Below are positions 24,074 through 32,478 of a stretch of DNA of 32,478 nucleotides, piece after piece (position 1 is the stretch's first letter; each line of letters opens with the position of its first letter). A program made the position numbers and the translations under genes. The notes under the pieces are model-generated. The model was not told the origin of the DNA, did not search any database, and worked only from the letters and a program-made list of their open reading frames with translations. The stretch lies in the IMG/VR virus record IMGVR_UViG_3300005144_000002, positions 1-32,478 of that record. One strand, 5' to 3'. This DNA comes from a virus (lineage: Duplodnaviria; Caudoviricetes).

Positions 24074-24463
24074 ATGAGCATTCGAATTTCTGATCTTGTC
24101 CAAGAAGAACGGACAATCACCATCATGGTTGGTGACGAGGAATTGAGTGTTACTTACCGGCCAAAGGCTTATACACCGGTAGTGGAAGATCAAATGCAAT
24201 CTTTGATTGAAAGCAATCGCCCGGGAAATGGTCTCGCACAGATGCTTTCTCACATCTTGATCAGTTGGGATGTGGTGGATGAGACTAACAAACCATTAGA
24301 GATGACCTTTGAAAACTTAAGGAAATTTCCGGTTTCATTATTGACTTTAATCACCCAGGAAATTAACAAGGATAACCGTGCTGGAGATGAAGACCGAAAA
24401 AACTCAGGCGGTGGCTCGCGTCGCGGGGGGAAACAGGGCAGCGCCCGGGCTGGTTCCTTCTGA
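24074..24463 (+). CDS. Tail assembly chaperone (gpG-like)
   Basis: 'WDV.D....P' motif; position; contains slippery heptamer. Confidence 0.75.
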   Translation: MSIRISDLVQEERTITIMVGDEELSVTYRPKAYTPVVEDQMQSLIESNRPGNGLAQMLSHILISWDVVDETNKPLEMTFENLRKFPVSLLTLITQEINKDNRAGDEDRKNSGGGSRRGGKQGSARAGSF

Positions 24464-24597
24464 TGCGGGCTGCGCAGATCATGCATGTGCCACCATGGGA
24501 GTTAATGAAACAACCAACCTGTTTCATGGATTGGGCATTAGAGATGAATGCGGCAATGATTGAAGCAGAGACTGCAGCAAAGCCGAGAAAAAAATAA
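24397..24597 (+). CDS. -1 frameshift extension of the tail assembly chaperone (gpGT-like)
   Basis: In-frame A AAA AAC at 24397-24403; the -1 frame is open to TAA 24595-24597: KKLRRWLASRGETGQRPGWFLLMRAAQIMHVPPWELMKQPTCFMDWALEMNAAMIEAETAAKPRKK. Confidence 0.75.
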   Translation, partial: KKLRRWLASRGETGQRPGWFLLMRAAQIMHVPPWELMKQPTCFMDWALEMNAAMIEAETAAKPRKK

Positions 24598-24630
24598 AAA
24601 AGTAGTCTCTGACTGATATCAGGTGAAAGT

Positions 24631-27525
24631 ATGGCGATAACAGTTGCAAAATTGTTAGTTGAAATTGGAGCCAATATTGATCAGGCTCTGACTGGCATGG
24701 AAAAGGCCGGACAGAGTTTAATGGATGTTGGCACCAGCGCAAAGCGAGCAGGAGCAGAGCTTACTGCTACTTTCACTTTGCCCCTGGGAATTGCCGGGCG
24801 CCAGGCTCTCAATTTAACTGAAAATTATGACCGAGCCATGGGTGTGCTGTGCGAAACCAGTGGTGCAACCGCGGAAGAGATGGGATTGCTCCAACAGAAG
24901 GCTAAAGAGTTGGGGGCTGACCTAACCCTCCCGGGCACAAGTGCTGCTGATGCAGCAGAAGCAATGTTGGAATTGGCTAAAAGCGGCATGGAAATCAATA
25001 GTGTGTTATCAGCCTCCAAAGGAGTTTTACAGATGAGCGCCGCTGGCCAAATCAGCAATGCGAGAGCGGCAGAGATCACAAGTAATGCCTTAAATGCTTT
25101 TCACTTAGAAGGAAATCAGGCTGTTAAGGTTGCTGATCTGTTAGCTGCAGGGGCTAATGCCAGTAGTGCTGAAATTCAAGATATGGCAGATGCTTTGCAG
25201 ATGGCAAGCGCTGTATACTCAGCAGCGGGTGTTCCTATTGAAGATCTTACAACCTTGATTGCTGAAATGGCAAATGCTGGTATCAAGGGTAGTGATGCAG
25301 GGACCAGCCTGAAGCAAATGATGTTGAGCCTGCAAGCCCCTACAGCAAAAGCAGCAAATTTGATGAAAGATCTTGGGATCAATATTTATGATTCTCAAGG
25401 CAGCATGTTGCCCATGGAAAAGATAATTGGGCAATTTGCTACCAGTTTGTCTGGCCTTACACAAGAACAACGCAATGCTGCGCTTGCTACGATATTTGGA
25501 AGTGATGCTGTAAGGGCTGCTAATGTGGTTTTGATGAGTGGTGCAGACGCGTTTATTACAATGCGATCAGCAGTATCTAAACAAGGCGCTGCTGCTAATC
25601 TGGCAGCGGCTCAAATGAATGGATTAAGTGGAGCTTTTGAGAACTTACGCAGTGCTGGCGAAACTACTATGCTGGCAGCAATAGAGCCTTTTCGAGAAGA
25701 TATCATCAACCTGACTGGTTCAATAACAGAAACAATTAATACTTTTAGCGAATTGGATGAATCTACTCAAAAGATTATTGTTGGGTTTTTGGCTGCTGCA
25801 GCTGCGGCTGGACCAATGTTAATCGTGTTTGGTCAAATGGCCAGTGGCGCGGGTTTCTTAATGACCACGTTGGGCAATTTACCTGGTTTATTATCTCAGG
25901 TGGTTTTTGGATTTCAAGCCATGGCAGTTGGGGCCGGCACAGTGGCTGAAGTGGCGACCATGAGCTTTGGGGGATTTGTAGCTGCTGCTCTACCGGCAAT
26001 TGCTGCAATTGCAGCCGTTGGAATTGCTTACAAGAAATTGATTGCAGATGTAGTGGAGTCTGGAAAAGAAGCAACAGAATCTGCATGGTCAGATTTCTTC
26101 CAAAAACAAGTTGATTCTGGAAAAAGTGCGGTTGAAATTGCCAATGAATACAGAGCTGCTCAACAGCGAGTTCAACAAACACTTGATGAAGCCAATCCAG
26201 TTGCACGGATGTTTATCAAAAACCAGGCTGGACTTGCTGATGCATCCAAACAGGCAACTGAAGCGATTTTAATCAGTTCTTCCTCATATACTGAGTATGC
26301 TTCAGCAATGAGTATGGCTGGCTTGGCAAATGAGCGTCTAGCTGAAAGTGAATGGAAAAAAGCTAGAGAGGTCGGTACTTCAGCCCAGCAGATAGAGGCC
26401 GGGCTTGGACTGAATGAAGATTACCGCGCTATTGTTGAGGCTTTGGGTGAAACAACAGGGCAAACTACTGACCAATTCAGTGGATTTAATGATGAGCTTG
26501 GTGAAGCCAATCAGAAAACCGGAGAATTGATTTCTGCTCAACTAAGTTTGCAGGAAGAATTGAAGAATGCTTCGGGCGCAGATTATGCCAGAATGGCCCT
26601 TGATTCGCTGAAAACGAAGATCGAAGAAACTGGGGACCCTACTGGTGCGCTTACAGTTAAATATCAAGAATTGGGGAAACAATTTGGCTTGATGAATGAT
26701 GCTTCAATCGTGGCAGCAGATAACTGGGACATTGTTAATGCTGCAATAGAAGGTGGGATCATTCCAATTGAAAAAGCAAGAGAAGCCATTAATTATTTCC
26801 GGGCAGACGCTGCTGATGGCTCTATCGATATAGATGCATTCCTTCAGAAATTTGCGATATCTCCTGACCAGGTTCAACCATTTCTTGAAAGCATTGGTGG
26901 GCTTGAAACTGGCGTACAGAATATTACAACCAACCTGGCTTCTTTAGAATCTGAAGGGATTGGTCATGTCAACAATACTGGTAAGAGCTTTGAAGAGTTG
27001 GATACCACTATTCAAAATTCAGCCAACAATGTTCAAACCCAGTTCATTCAACCGGTCACACAGGACTTGAGCACATTGGCAACGAAGACAATGCCCGGAT
27101 TGACAGAAAAAATTGCGGCTCACTTCGATTCAATCCGAGATGCAGCAGAAAAAGCAGCGGGAAAGGTTGGCGCTATCCATGCGGCTGCAAAAACACTGAA
27201 AGATTGGGCTGATAAAAATACAATTGATATCTTTGTCAATATTCACCAGTCAGGATCTATTCCTTCGATACCTCAACCATCAGGCGAAGCTATTGGCGGC
27301 TCAGTATTTGCTGGGCGTCCATACATTGTTGGCGAGCGAGGTCCAGAACCCTTCTTCCCTGCAATCAATGGTCGAATTTTAAGCAATCAGGAAGCCAGAG
27401 AAGCCCTTGTAGGTGGTAGAAGTAGTGGAAATCAATATAACATCACAATTCAGGGTGGAGACGGGGAATCAACCGCAGTTCATTTGGTGCGCGAATTGAA
27501 ACGCCTGGAGGTTCTACATGCTTGA
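24631..27525 (+). CDS. Tail tape measure protein (TP901 family)
   Basis: 964 aa, Ala-rich; 'GIKGSDAGTSL', 'IFGSDA', C-terminal 'VGERGPE.F.P'. Confidence 0.92.
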   Translation: MAITVAKLLVEIGANIDQALTGMEKAGQSLMDVGTSAKRAGAELTATFTLPLGIAGRQALNLTENYDRAMGVLCETSGATAEEMGLLQQKAKELGADLTLPGTSAADAAEAMLELAKSGMEINSVLSASKGVLQMSAAGQISNARAAEITSNALNAFHLEGNQAVKVADLLAAGANASSAEIQDMADALQMASAVYSAAGVPIEDLTTLIAEMANAGIKGSDAGTSLKQMMLSLQAPTAKAANLMKDLGINIYDSQGSMLPMEKIIGQFATSLSGLTQEQRNAALATIFGSDAVRAANVVLMSGADAFITMRSAVSKQGAAANLAAAQMNGLSGAFENLRSAGETTMLAAIEPFREDIINLTGSITETINTFSELDESTQKIIVGFLAAAAAAGPMLIVFGQMASGAGFLMTTLGNLPGLLSQVVFGFQAMAVGAGTVAEVATMSFGGFVAAALPAIAAIAAVGIAYKKLIADVVESGKEATESAWSDFFQKQVDSGKSAVEIANEYRAAQQRVQQTLDEANPVARMFIKNQAGLADASKQATEAILISSSSYTEYASAMSMAGLANERLAESEWKKAREVGTSAQQIEAGLGLNEDYRAIVEALGETTGQTTDQFSGFNDELGEANQKTGELISAQLSLQEELKNASGADYARMALDSLKTKIEETGDPTGALTVKYQELGKQFGLMNDASIVAADNWDIVNAAIEGGIIPIEKAREAINYFRADAADGSIDIDAFLQKFAISPDQVQPFLESIGGLETGVQNITTNLASLESEGIGHVNNTGKSFEELDTTIQNSANNVQTQFIQPVTQDLSTLATKTMPGLTEKIAAHFDSIRDAAEKAAGKVGAIHAAAKTLKDWADKNTIDIFVNIHQSGSIPSIPQPSGEAIGGSVFAGRPYIVGERGPEPFFPAINGRILSNQEAREALVGGRSSGNQYNITIQGGDGESTAVHLVRELKRLEVLHA

Positions 27526-28369
27526 AGATGTCATGTGGCTTGATTCCTCAGGTAGTTCTACAGATTTACATAATGGTCAGGATCTATTTATCCTTGAGGG
27601 GAGCGCCGGCCTGGATATGCCTGAATTTAAATTTGTGACTGATGATTTCCCTACCTCAGATGGTGGTGAAGTCCGAATGGTGAAAGCGGCTGGCAGGGAT
27701 GTTCATATCCATTTACTGGTGAAGTGTTCTAGTAGATCGTTGCTTAGGGAGAAAATAAGAAGTCTTTCCAGAGTAATGAATCCCAAATTGGGAAATGGCC
27801 GGCTGCGAGTGACTTCTGCAGATGGTAAACAAAGAGATTTAATTTGCCGATATGTCCGCGGGCTTGAAGATGAAGATACAGGTTTTTCCTGGCGAGAAGT
27901 AGTATTGGTTTTTCGGGCTTGGAAGCCTTTTTGGCAATCCGTAAGTGAACGTGTGACTACTTTCGTTTCAGGTGGTGCTGTCCCATTCTTTCCAATCTTT
28001 CCTTTAGTCTTATCGAATTCAGCAGTGTTTTCTTCACGCAGCTTGGAAAATCAGGGCGATACCGAATGCTGGCCGGTGTGGACAGTGTATGGTCCAGGTG
28101 AAAATTTAAAAGTAGTTAACTTCACAACTAGTCAGGAATTGGAAGTCAGTATTACCCTTAATCAAGAGGACACTTTAGAGATTGATACTCGACCGGGATT
28201 CAAGGCAGTAAAAATGGGTGATGGCAGTAATCAATTCTATAGACTTAGCCCCGAGTCCGTTTTATGGCCATTACAAAGAGGCGAAAACCAGGTGCAAATT
28301 GAATTGAGCAATACCAATGAGTCTAGCAAGGTGATTGTTCATTATGTTGAACGTTTCCTGGCTGCGTAG
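27518..28369 (+). CDS. Distal tail protein (Dit)
   Basis: 'GL.MP', 'PFW', 'N.GD...WP', 'L..GEN'; follows tape measure. Confidence 0.8.
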   Translation: MLEDVMWLDSSGSSTDLHNGQDLFILEGSAGLDMPEFKFVTDDFPTSDGGEVRMVKAAGRDVHIHLLVKCSSRSLLREKIRSLSRVMNPKLGNGRLRVTSADGKQRDLICRYVRGLEDEDTGFSWREVVLVFRAWKPFWQSVSERVTTFVSGGAVPFFPIFPLVLSNSAVFSSRSLENQGDTECWPVWTVYGPGENLKVVNFTTSQELEVSITLNQEDTLEIDTRPGFKAVKMGDGSNQFYRLSPESVLWPLQRGENQVQIELSNTNESSKVIVHYVERFLAA

Positions 28370-28375
28370 GTGAAT

Positions 28376-29491
28376 ATGGCTAATTATGAATTATTTGTTC
28401 TTGATAATACTGGTCAAAGAGTGGGACAGATTGATGATTTTACTCGATTAGATCTTGTTATTCGGTTTAATGATGTTGGAAAGTTTTTGTTGACACTGCC
28501 GGCAGAAAGCGAAATCTCGAATCTAATCACATGGAAAGGTAGTATTCAAATTCGAAGAAATGGAATTCACCTGATAACAGGTCTGGTAAGGCGTTTTGAA
28601 AGAAATCAGGATGACTCAAGGAATGAGATGCTGGTAGGTGGGCCTGACGAAAATGCGTTTCTTTCAGACCGCATAGTCTATCCGGCACCAGATGGAAATT
28701 TCACAAGCCAGGCGCATGATTCTGCATCAGGTCCGCTAGAAACAGTCCTAAAACATTTTGTAAATAATAATCTTGGGCCAGGAGCGCTTCCAACCCGCCA
28801 ATTGCTGAGCATCCAGGTGGATTTAGCAAGGGGAAATTATGTTGAGAGAAATGGGCGATTCCAGAATCTTTTAGAGTTTTTACAAGAAACCGTTCTGCAA
28901 AGTAGTGATGAATTGGGCTTTCAGGTGAGAAACCGAGTTTTTGAAGTGTTTTTGCCATCTGATAAACGAGGTGAGATTGTCTTTTCACTTGGACTTGGCA
29001 CGATGCTTGAATTTGATTACACCCTTGAATCTGCGAAAGCTAATGCAGTTATTTGTGGTGCATCAGGCGAATTGACTTCTAGAATTGTGCGGGAAGTGTC
29101 GTGGGTTCAGAGCGTTAATCAATTTGGTAGAATTGAAAGTTTTCGAGATCGACGAGACACTGACCAGGAAGATGAAATTCAACAAACTTTAAATGAGGAA
29201 CTTGCGAAAAACTCCGAACGATTTTCTCTGCAATTTAAAATTGCAGAATTAGAAGGATTGAAAGCTTTTGATCATTGGAACATTGGAGATCTTGTTACTG
29301 TGATGATTGATGGGCAACGTATTGAACAGGCGATCCGGGAGATTAATGTCAAAGTCGACCAGAAAAATGGTGAAATGATCATCCCTGTGGTAGGTACACC
29401 TGGAATGGGAGAGATGAATTTTATGAGCGGACTTTTTGAGAGGATGCGAGATATTCGCCGGCGAGTCGATCACCTGGAGGTGATAGTATGA
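28376..29491 (+). CDS. Baseplate hub/Tal-like minor tail protein (ReqiPepy6 gp37-like)
   Basis: 'RFNDVG.F.L', 'GRIE.F.D.RD', 'W.IGDLVTV', C-terminal coiled coil. Confidence 0.75.
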   Translation: MANYELFVLDNTGQRVGQIDDFTRLDLVIRFNDVGKFLLTLPAESEISNLITWKGSIQIRRNGIHLITGLVRRFERNQDDSRNEMLVGGPDENAFLSDRIVYPAPDGNFTSQAHDSASGPLETVLKHFVNNNLGPGALPTRQLLSIQVDLARGNYVERNGRFQNLLEFLQETVLQSSDELGFQVRNRVFEVFLPSDKRGEIVFSLGLGTMLEFDYTLESAKANAVICGASGELTSRIVREVSWVQSVNQFGRIESFRDRRDTDQEDEIQQTLNEELAKNSERFSLQFKIAELEGLKAFDHWNIGDLVTVMIDGQRIEQAIREINVKVDQKNGEMIIPVVGTPGMGEMNFMSGLFERMRDIRRRVDHLEVIV

Positions 29492-30327
29492 CAAAGCGTT
29501 TCTTCCCTTTTGATGGAGTGCCATTGTATGAATCTGATTGGTCCAGTATGGCACGATATTGGCGTGATTCTGGTGTGATTTCTGGAGTCCTAAATGAACT
29601 TGAAGTTTATGCAGATAGCACAGGAATGCAGGTAAAAGTTAAACCAGGTCGAGCTTGGATTCAGGGTCATTTTTTTGAATCGGATTCTGAAGAGGTATTA
29701 TCAATATCTGAAGCAGACCTGTTATTGGATCGAATCGATAGAGTTGTGCTAAGGTTGGATTGGACATTGAATAGCATTGATTTTCTGATTCTTGAAGGTA
29801 CTCCAGCTGCCAGTCCAACTGCTTCCGATTTGACTCAGACTTCATCAATATGGGAAATTCCTTTAGCCAAAATCAGTGTCATTGGCGGAGCAAACACTAT
29901 TAATTCAGTAGATATTATTGATGAACGTGTCATTTCAAGGTCTGTTGATGAAATTAAAACCGAGCTTGATTCTACAAAGTATTTTGGATTGACAGTAGTC
30001 TTAGGGGATGGGGTTTTGCCTGTTCCCATAAACTCTTATCTTGGCTGGGTAGAAATACCATTTTCTTGCACAATTCAGTCTGTTAGACTTTGGTCTGATG
30101 TAGCTGGATCAATCACAATTGATATTAGGAAGGCTTCCAGTTTGGGTGGATCTTGGGCTTCTATTTGTGGTGGTTCAAAAGCGGTAATTTCGAGTTCTAC
30201 CGTCGCTACTCCAAATATTGCTGCATGGACAAAGTTACTAAATGCGGGAGATTGGATTTCATTCTTTCCTGAATCAGTTACTAATATTAAAAAGCTGATG
30301 CTTTCAATTCGTGGGATTAAAAACTAA
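29488..30327 (+). CDS. Minor tail/upper baseplate protein
   Basis: 'FPFD', 'V.PGRAWI.G', 'RIDRVVLRLD', 'WEIPLA.I', 'I.D.R'. Confidence 0.72.
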   Translation: MTKRFFPFDGVPLYESDWSSMARYWRDSGVISGVLNELEVYADSTGMQVKVKPGRAWIQGHFFESDSEEVLSISEADLLLDRIDRVVLRLDWTLNSIDFLILEGTPAASPTASDLTQTSSIWEIPLAKISVIGGANTINSVDIIDERVISRSVDEIKTELDSTKYFGLTVVLGDGVLPVPINSYLGWVEIPFSCTIQSVRLWSDVAGSITIDIRKASSLGGSWASICGGSKAVISSSTVATPNIAAWTKLLNAGDWISFFPESVTNIKKLMLSIRGIKN

Positions 30328-30953
30328 TGGCAATCGATATTGTCCTTCTTGATACACGTTCTTCAGGTACCACTGGTACATGGTCTTCCACGGTGAATAT
30401 TCCTGTTGGCAAAACGCCCGCTTGCCTTCTCCTTTTCCTCTTCAATAAAAGCGGATTGGGAGGGGTCAATTATGTGCGATTTGGGGGCGTTAACCCTGAT
30501 ACATTAAAGTATTATTCTGGAAGTAACGTAGGATTTGGGGTATATGGTAGAAAAGATCTTACACCTGGAGATTATTTGGTTGAAGTGAATGCCACTGGAG
30601 AAAATCGAGGGATTATTCTCGGAATATGGGAAGCTATAGGCTGGAACACTGATAGTGCAAGCCAATACGTTAGCCAATTGCCAAGTCCAGGAAACCTTTC
30701 TTTTAATCCCACTTTAGCTGCAGGACTTTTATTTGTAGAATTTTACAAGCAAAATGCGGGTACAAATAACGCTCAAACAGCTGGACAAACGCTTCTTTCT
30801 CATCTGACTGGTACAGGTTATGAAGGTGGAGCGGCGTATAAAAAAGGAGGAGGACCTTATACTTGGACTACCTACGTTTATGAAGAATACCTTTTCGGAC
30901 TTGAATTTCTCCCTGTGCCAGCCGGCAACTTTCAACCTATTTGGATTTTGTAG
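30327..30953 (+). CDS. Putative tail/receptor-binding protein
   Basis: Gly/Thr/Ser-rich, beta-rich; TAATG-coupled; distal tail position. Confidence 0.5.
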   Translation: MAIDIVLLDTRSSGTTGTWSSTVNIPVGKTPACLLLFLFNKSGLGGVNYVRFGGVNPDTLKYYSGSNVGFGVYGRKDLTPGDYLVEVNATGENRGIILGIWEAIGWNTDSASQYVSQLPSPGNLSFNPTLAAGLLFVEFYKQNAGTNNAQTAGQTLLSHLTGTGYEGGAAYKKGGGPYTWTTYVYEEYLFGLEFLPVPAGNFQPIWIL

Positions 30954-30962
30954 GAGGTAAAA

Positions 30963-31334
30963 ATGGCAAAACTATTAGGTTCCGAGTATGAAAAACTCAG
31001 TCTATTATCTCAGAACGGACAATTTCTGGGCATCATTAAAATCGCTCTAGTTAAAGCGGTTCGTGAAAAACTAACATGGACCGTTAAGAGTGGGCAATAC
31101 CAGAGCGAAGATCAGAAAGTCCACCAACAAATGTACGCAAAGGTTACTCTTAATGATCTGGATAACCAGGCTCGGCGCTGGGCGAACGTCTTGGCTTCCT
31201 GGGATGAATACATCAACACGGTTGATTGTGAAGAGAATCCAGATGGCAGCCTGGTGTTTTTTAATTTCAATGAAAATGGTGCCCTGGATTACACGATCAG
31301 AACTTCACTCTGGGGTGTGTTGAGTAATTTATAA
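30963..31334 (+). CDS. Hypothetical protein (last late gene)
   Basis: Strong SD AGGAGGT; stop overlaps the integrase stop. Confidence 0.65.
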   Translation: MAKLLGSEYEKLSLLSQNGQFLGIIKIALVKAVREKLTWTVKSGQYQSEDQKVHQQMYAKVTLNDLDNQARRWANVLASWDEYINTVDCEENPDGSLVFFNFNENGALDYTIRTSLWGVLSNL

Positions 31335-32258
31335 GCGCCAGTTATCTGCAGGAGATGCTCGCTGGTGGGCAGCTTTTACATCAAAATCAGCAAGAGCCAA
31401 GTAATGCTTGACCATAGAAAGTGAACTGTGTCCAAGCATTCTTTGAAGAGTGAAAATATCTCCTGAATTTCTTAAATACTGTATTGCAAACGTGTGCCTG
31501 AATCGATGCGGGTGCACGTTTTTTACACCTGCTCTCTTTCCAATATTCACCAAAAAATGGCGTATTGAATTTTTATTCATAGGCACACCGGTCGAAGATA
31601 AGAAAACTGGGTCAGTTGGCTTTGCATCTTTTCGAGTAGAAAGATATTTCCAAATTGCTTTAAGAGATGAATTTCCCAGGAATATCACTCTGGATTTTGT
31701 TTTTCTACCAGTACTGAATGGTTTGACAAACACTTCTCCATTCTCAAGGTTGACGTCTTGAATACTGAGCCTCGCAAGCTCTGAAACCCTAAGCCCTGTA
31801 TCCAAAAGCATAAGAATAATGGCTTGATCTCGTTGAGAAGTTGGCCGCGGCATTGTAAATTTCTTCCTGTTTTTTGTTTCTGCCAGGCTTGTGCGGCTGC
31901 AAGCATTTAATAATTTCCGAATCTCTCCTTCAGAAAACGGGGTGATTTCTGCAGGCTTATATTTTGGCCGGGCCAGGTCATTGTCTACTCTGGGAAGTTG
32001 CAGATCAGTATTCATCCAGCGATTAAATGTGCGGATTGCTTTCCAGTGATTTTCAATTGTGGAAGGAGAAAGATTCTGATCCTGTAAGCCTATCAGGAAG
32101 AACCTTAATTGATTCCGGTTCATTTCACTCAATTCAATATCCCCAATAGCTTTGACTAGATTATTCAAACAGTATGAATAGAGCTCAACGGTTGAAATGG
32201 CATACCCTTCTGCACGCAAGAAGATCTCAAATCCCATAATAGCTTTAGACAACTCCAT
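31329..32258 (-). CDS. int: Tyrosine recombinase/integrase
   Basis: Catalytic R (TGLRVSE), K, H-x-x-R (HRFRH), H (LGH), Y; SD GGAGG before ATG 32258; adjacent to tRNA. Confidence 0.92.
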   Translation of the reverse strand: MELSKAIMGFEIFLRAEGYAISTVELYSYCLNNLVKAIGDIELSEMNRNQLRFFLIGLQDQNLSPSTIENHWKAIRTFNRWMNTDLQLPRVDNDLARPKYKPAEITPFSEGEIRKLLNACSRTSLAETKNRKKFTMPRPTSQRDQAIILMLLDTGLRVSELARLSIQDVNLENGEVFVKPFSTGRKTKSRVIFLGNSSLKAIWKYLSTRKDAKPTDPVFLSSTGVPMNKNSIRHFLVNIGKRAGVKNVHPHRFRHTFAIQYLRNSGDIFTLQRMLGHSSLSMVKHYLALADFDVKAAHQRASPADNWRL

Positions 32259-32332
32259 TTTGACCTCCAATCTCAGACCCTTTTGGGGCTAAAATGTTAT
32301 AGGTCTCTGGTAATAGGCGATTTTTTGAATCA

Positions 32333-32385
32333 TAAAACCACAGACCTCTTACAGGCTTTTTCATTGACTGTAAGAGGTCTGTGGT
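32333..32385 (-). terminator. Intrinsic terminator downstream of tRNA-Pro
   Basis: Perfect 18-bp inverted repeat ACCACAGACCTCTTACAG/CTGTAAGAGGTCTGTGGT (32337-32385) followed by T-run on the minus strand. Confidence 0.75.
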
Positions 32386-32394
32386 CTTGTAAGG

Positions 32395-32470
32395 TCGGGG
32401 CGAGAGGATTCGAACCTCCGGCCTCTTGCACCCCATGCAAGCGCGCTAAACCGGACTGCGCCACGCCCCG
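32395..32470 (-). tRNA. tRNA-Pro (anticodon GGG), integration target
   Basis: CGGGGCG...CTTGC-AT-GGG-GT-GCAAG...GGAGG-TTCGAAT-CCTCT-CGCCCCG-A; canonical cloverleaf, followed by CC(T). Confidence 0.96.
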
Positions 32471-32478
32471 ACTATTTG

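Larger units (their letters stand above)
384..32470. mobile_element. Temperate siphovirus-type prophage integrated at tRNA-Pro; left boundary lies beyond the window
   Basis: Full set of immunity, replication, packaging, head, tail, lysis and integrase genes ending at a tRNA 3' end. No duplicate of the tRNA 3' end was found at the left. Confidence 0.9.

Noticed and set aside
24423-24432. 10-nt complement (GCGGGGGGAA) of the third C-rich loop near the frameshift site
   Set aside because: Low-complexity match, plausible by chance after many comparisons; no other support.
29488-31334. Diversity-generating retroelement or invertible tail-fibre cassette
   Set aside because: No reverse transcriptase, template/variable repeat pair, invertase or flanking inverted repeats seen.

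Overview
The window is a nearly complete temperate siphovirus-type prophage. Its right end abuts a host tRNA-Pro(GGG), with a tyrosine integrase next to it. The left att site is not in the window. Left to right it contains: the 5' end of a Type III R-M Mod methyltransferase; a lipoprotein, membrane protein and XRE repressor arm; a switch region with paired palindromic operators; early genes; a ~600-nt non-coding, highly structured region with three tRNA-like units; ERCC4/RecT/Cas4-like recombination genes; J-domain and vWA genes; a VirE-type helicase, iteron origin and Prim-Pol; a Com-like Zn-ribbon gene; terS, terL, portal and a MuF protein with a C-terminal zincin domain plus a small partner gene; a lysis cassette placed inside the head cluster; capsid, neck and tail genes with a -1 frameshifted tail chaperone; and the integrase. 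The Thr/Pro-rich lipoprotein suggests an Anaerolineae (Chloroflexota) host (inference). The most unusual elements are the tRNA-mimic RNA cassette (4770-5365), a duplicated promoter-leader-terminator element before both late transcription units next to a Com-like regulator, and the MuF-zincin/partner pair. All calls come from reading the sequence and recognising motifs; no searches or folding computations were run.
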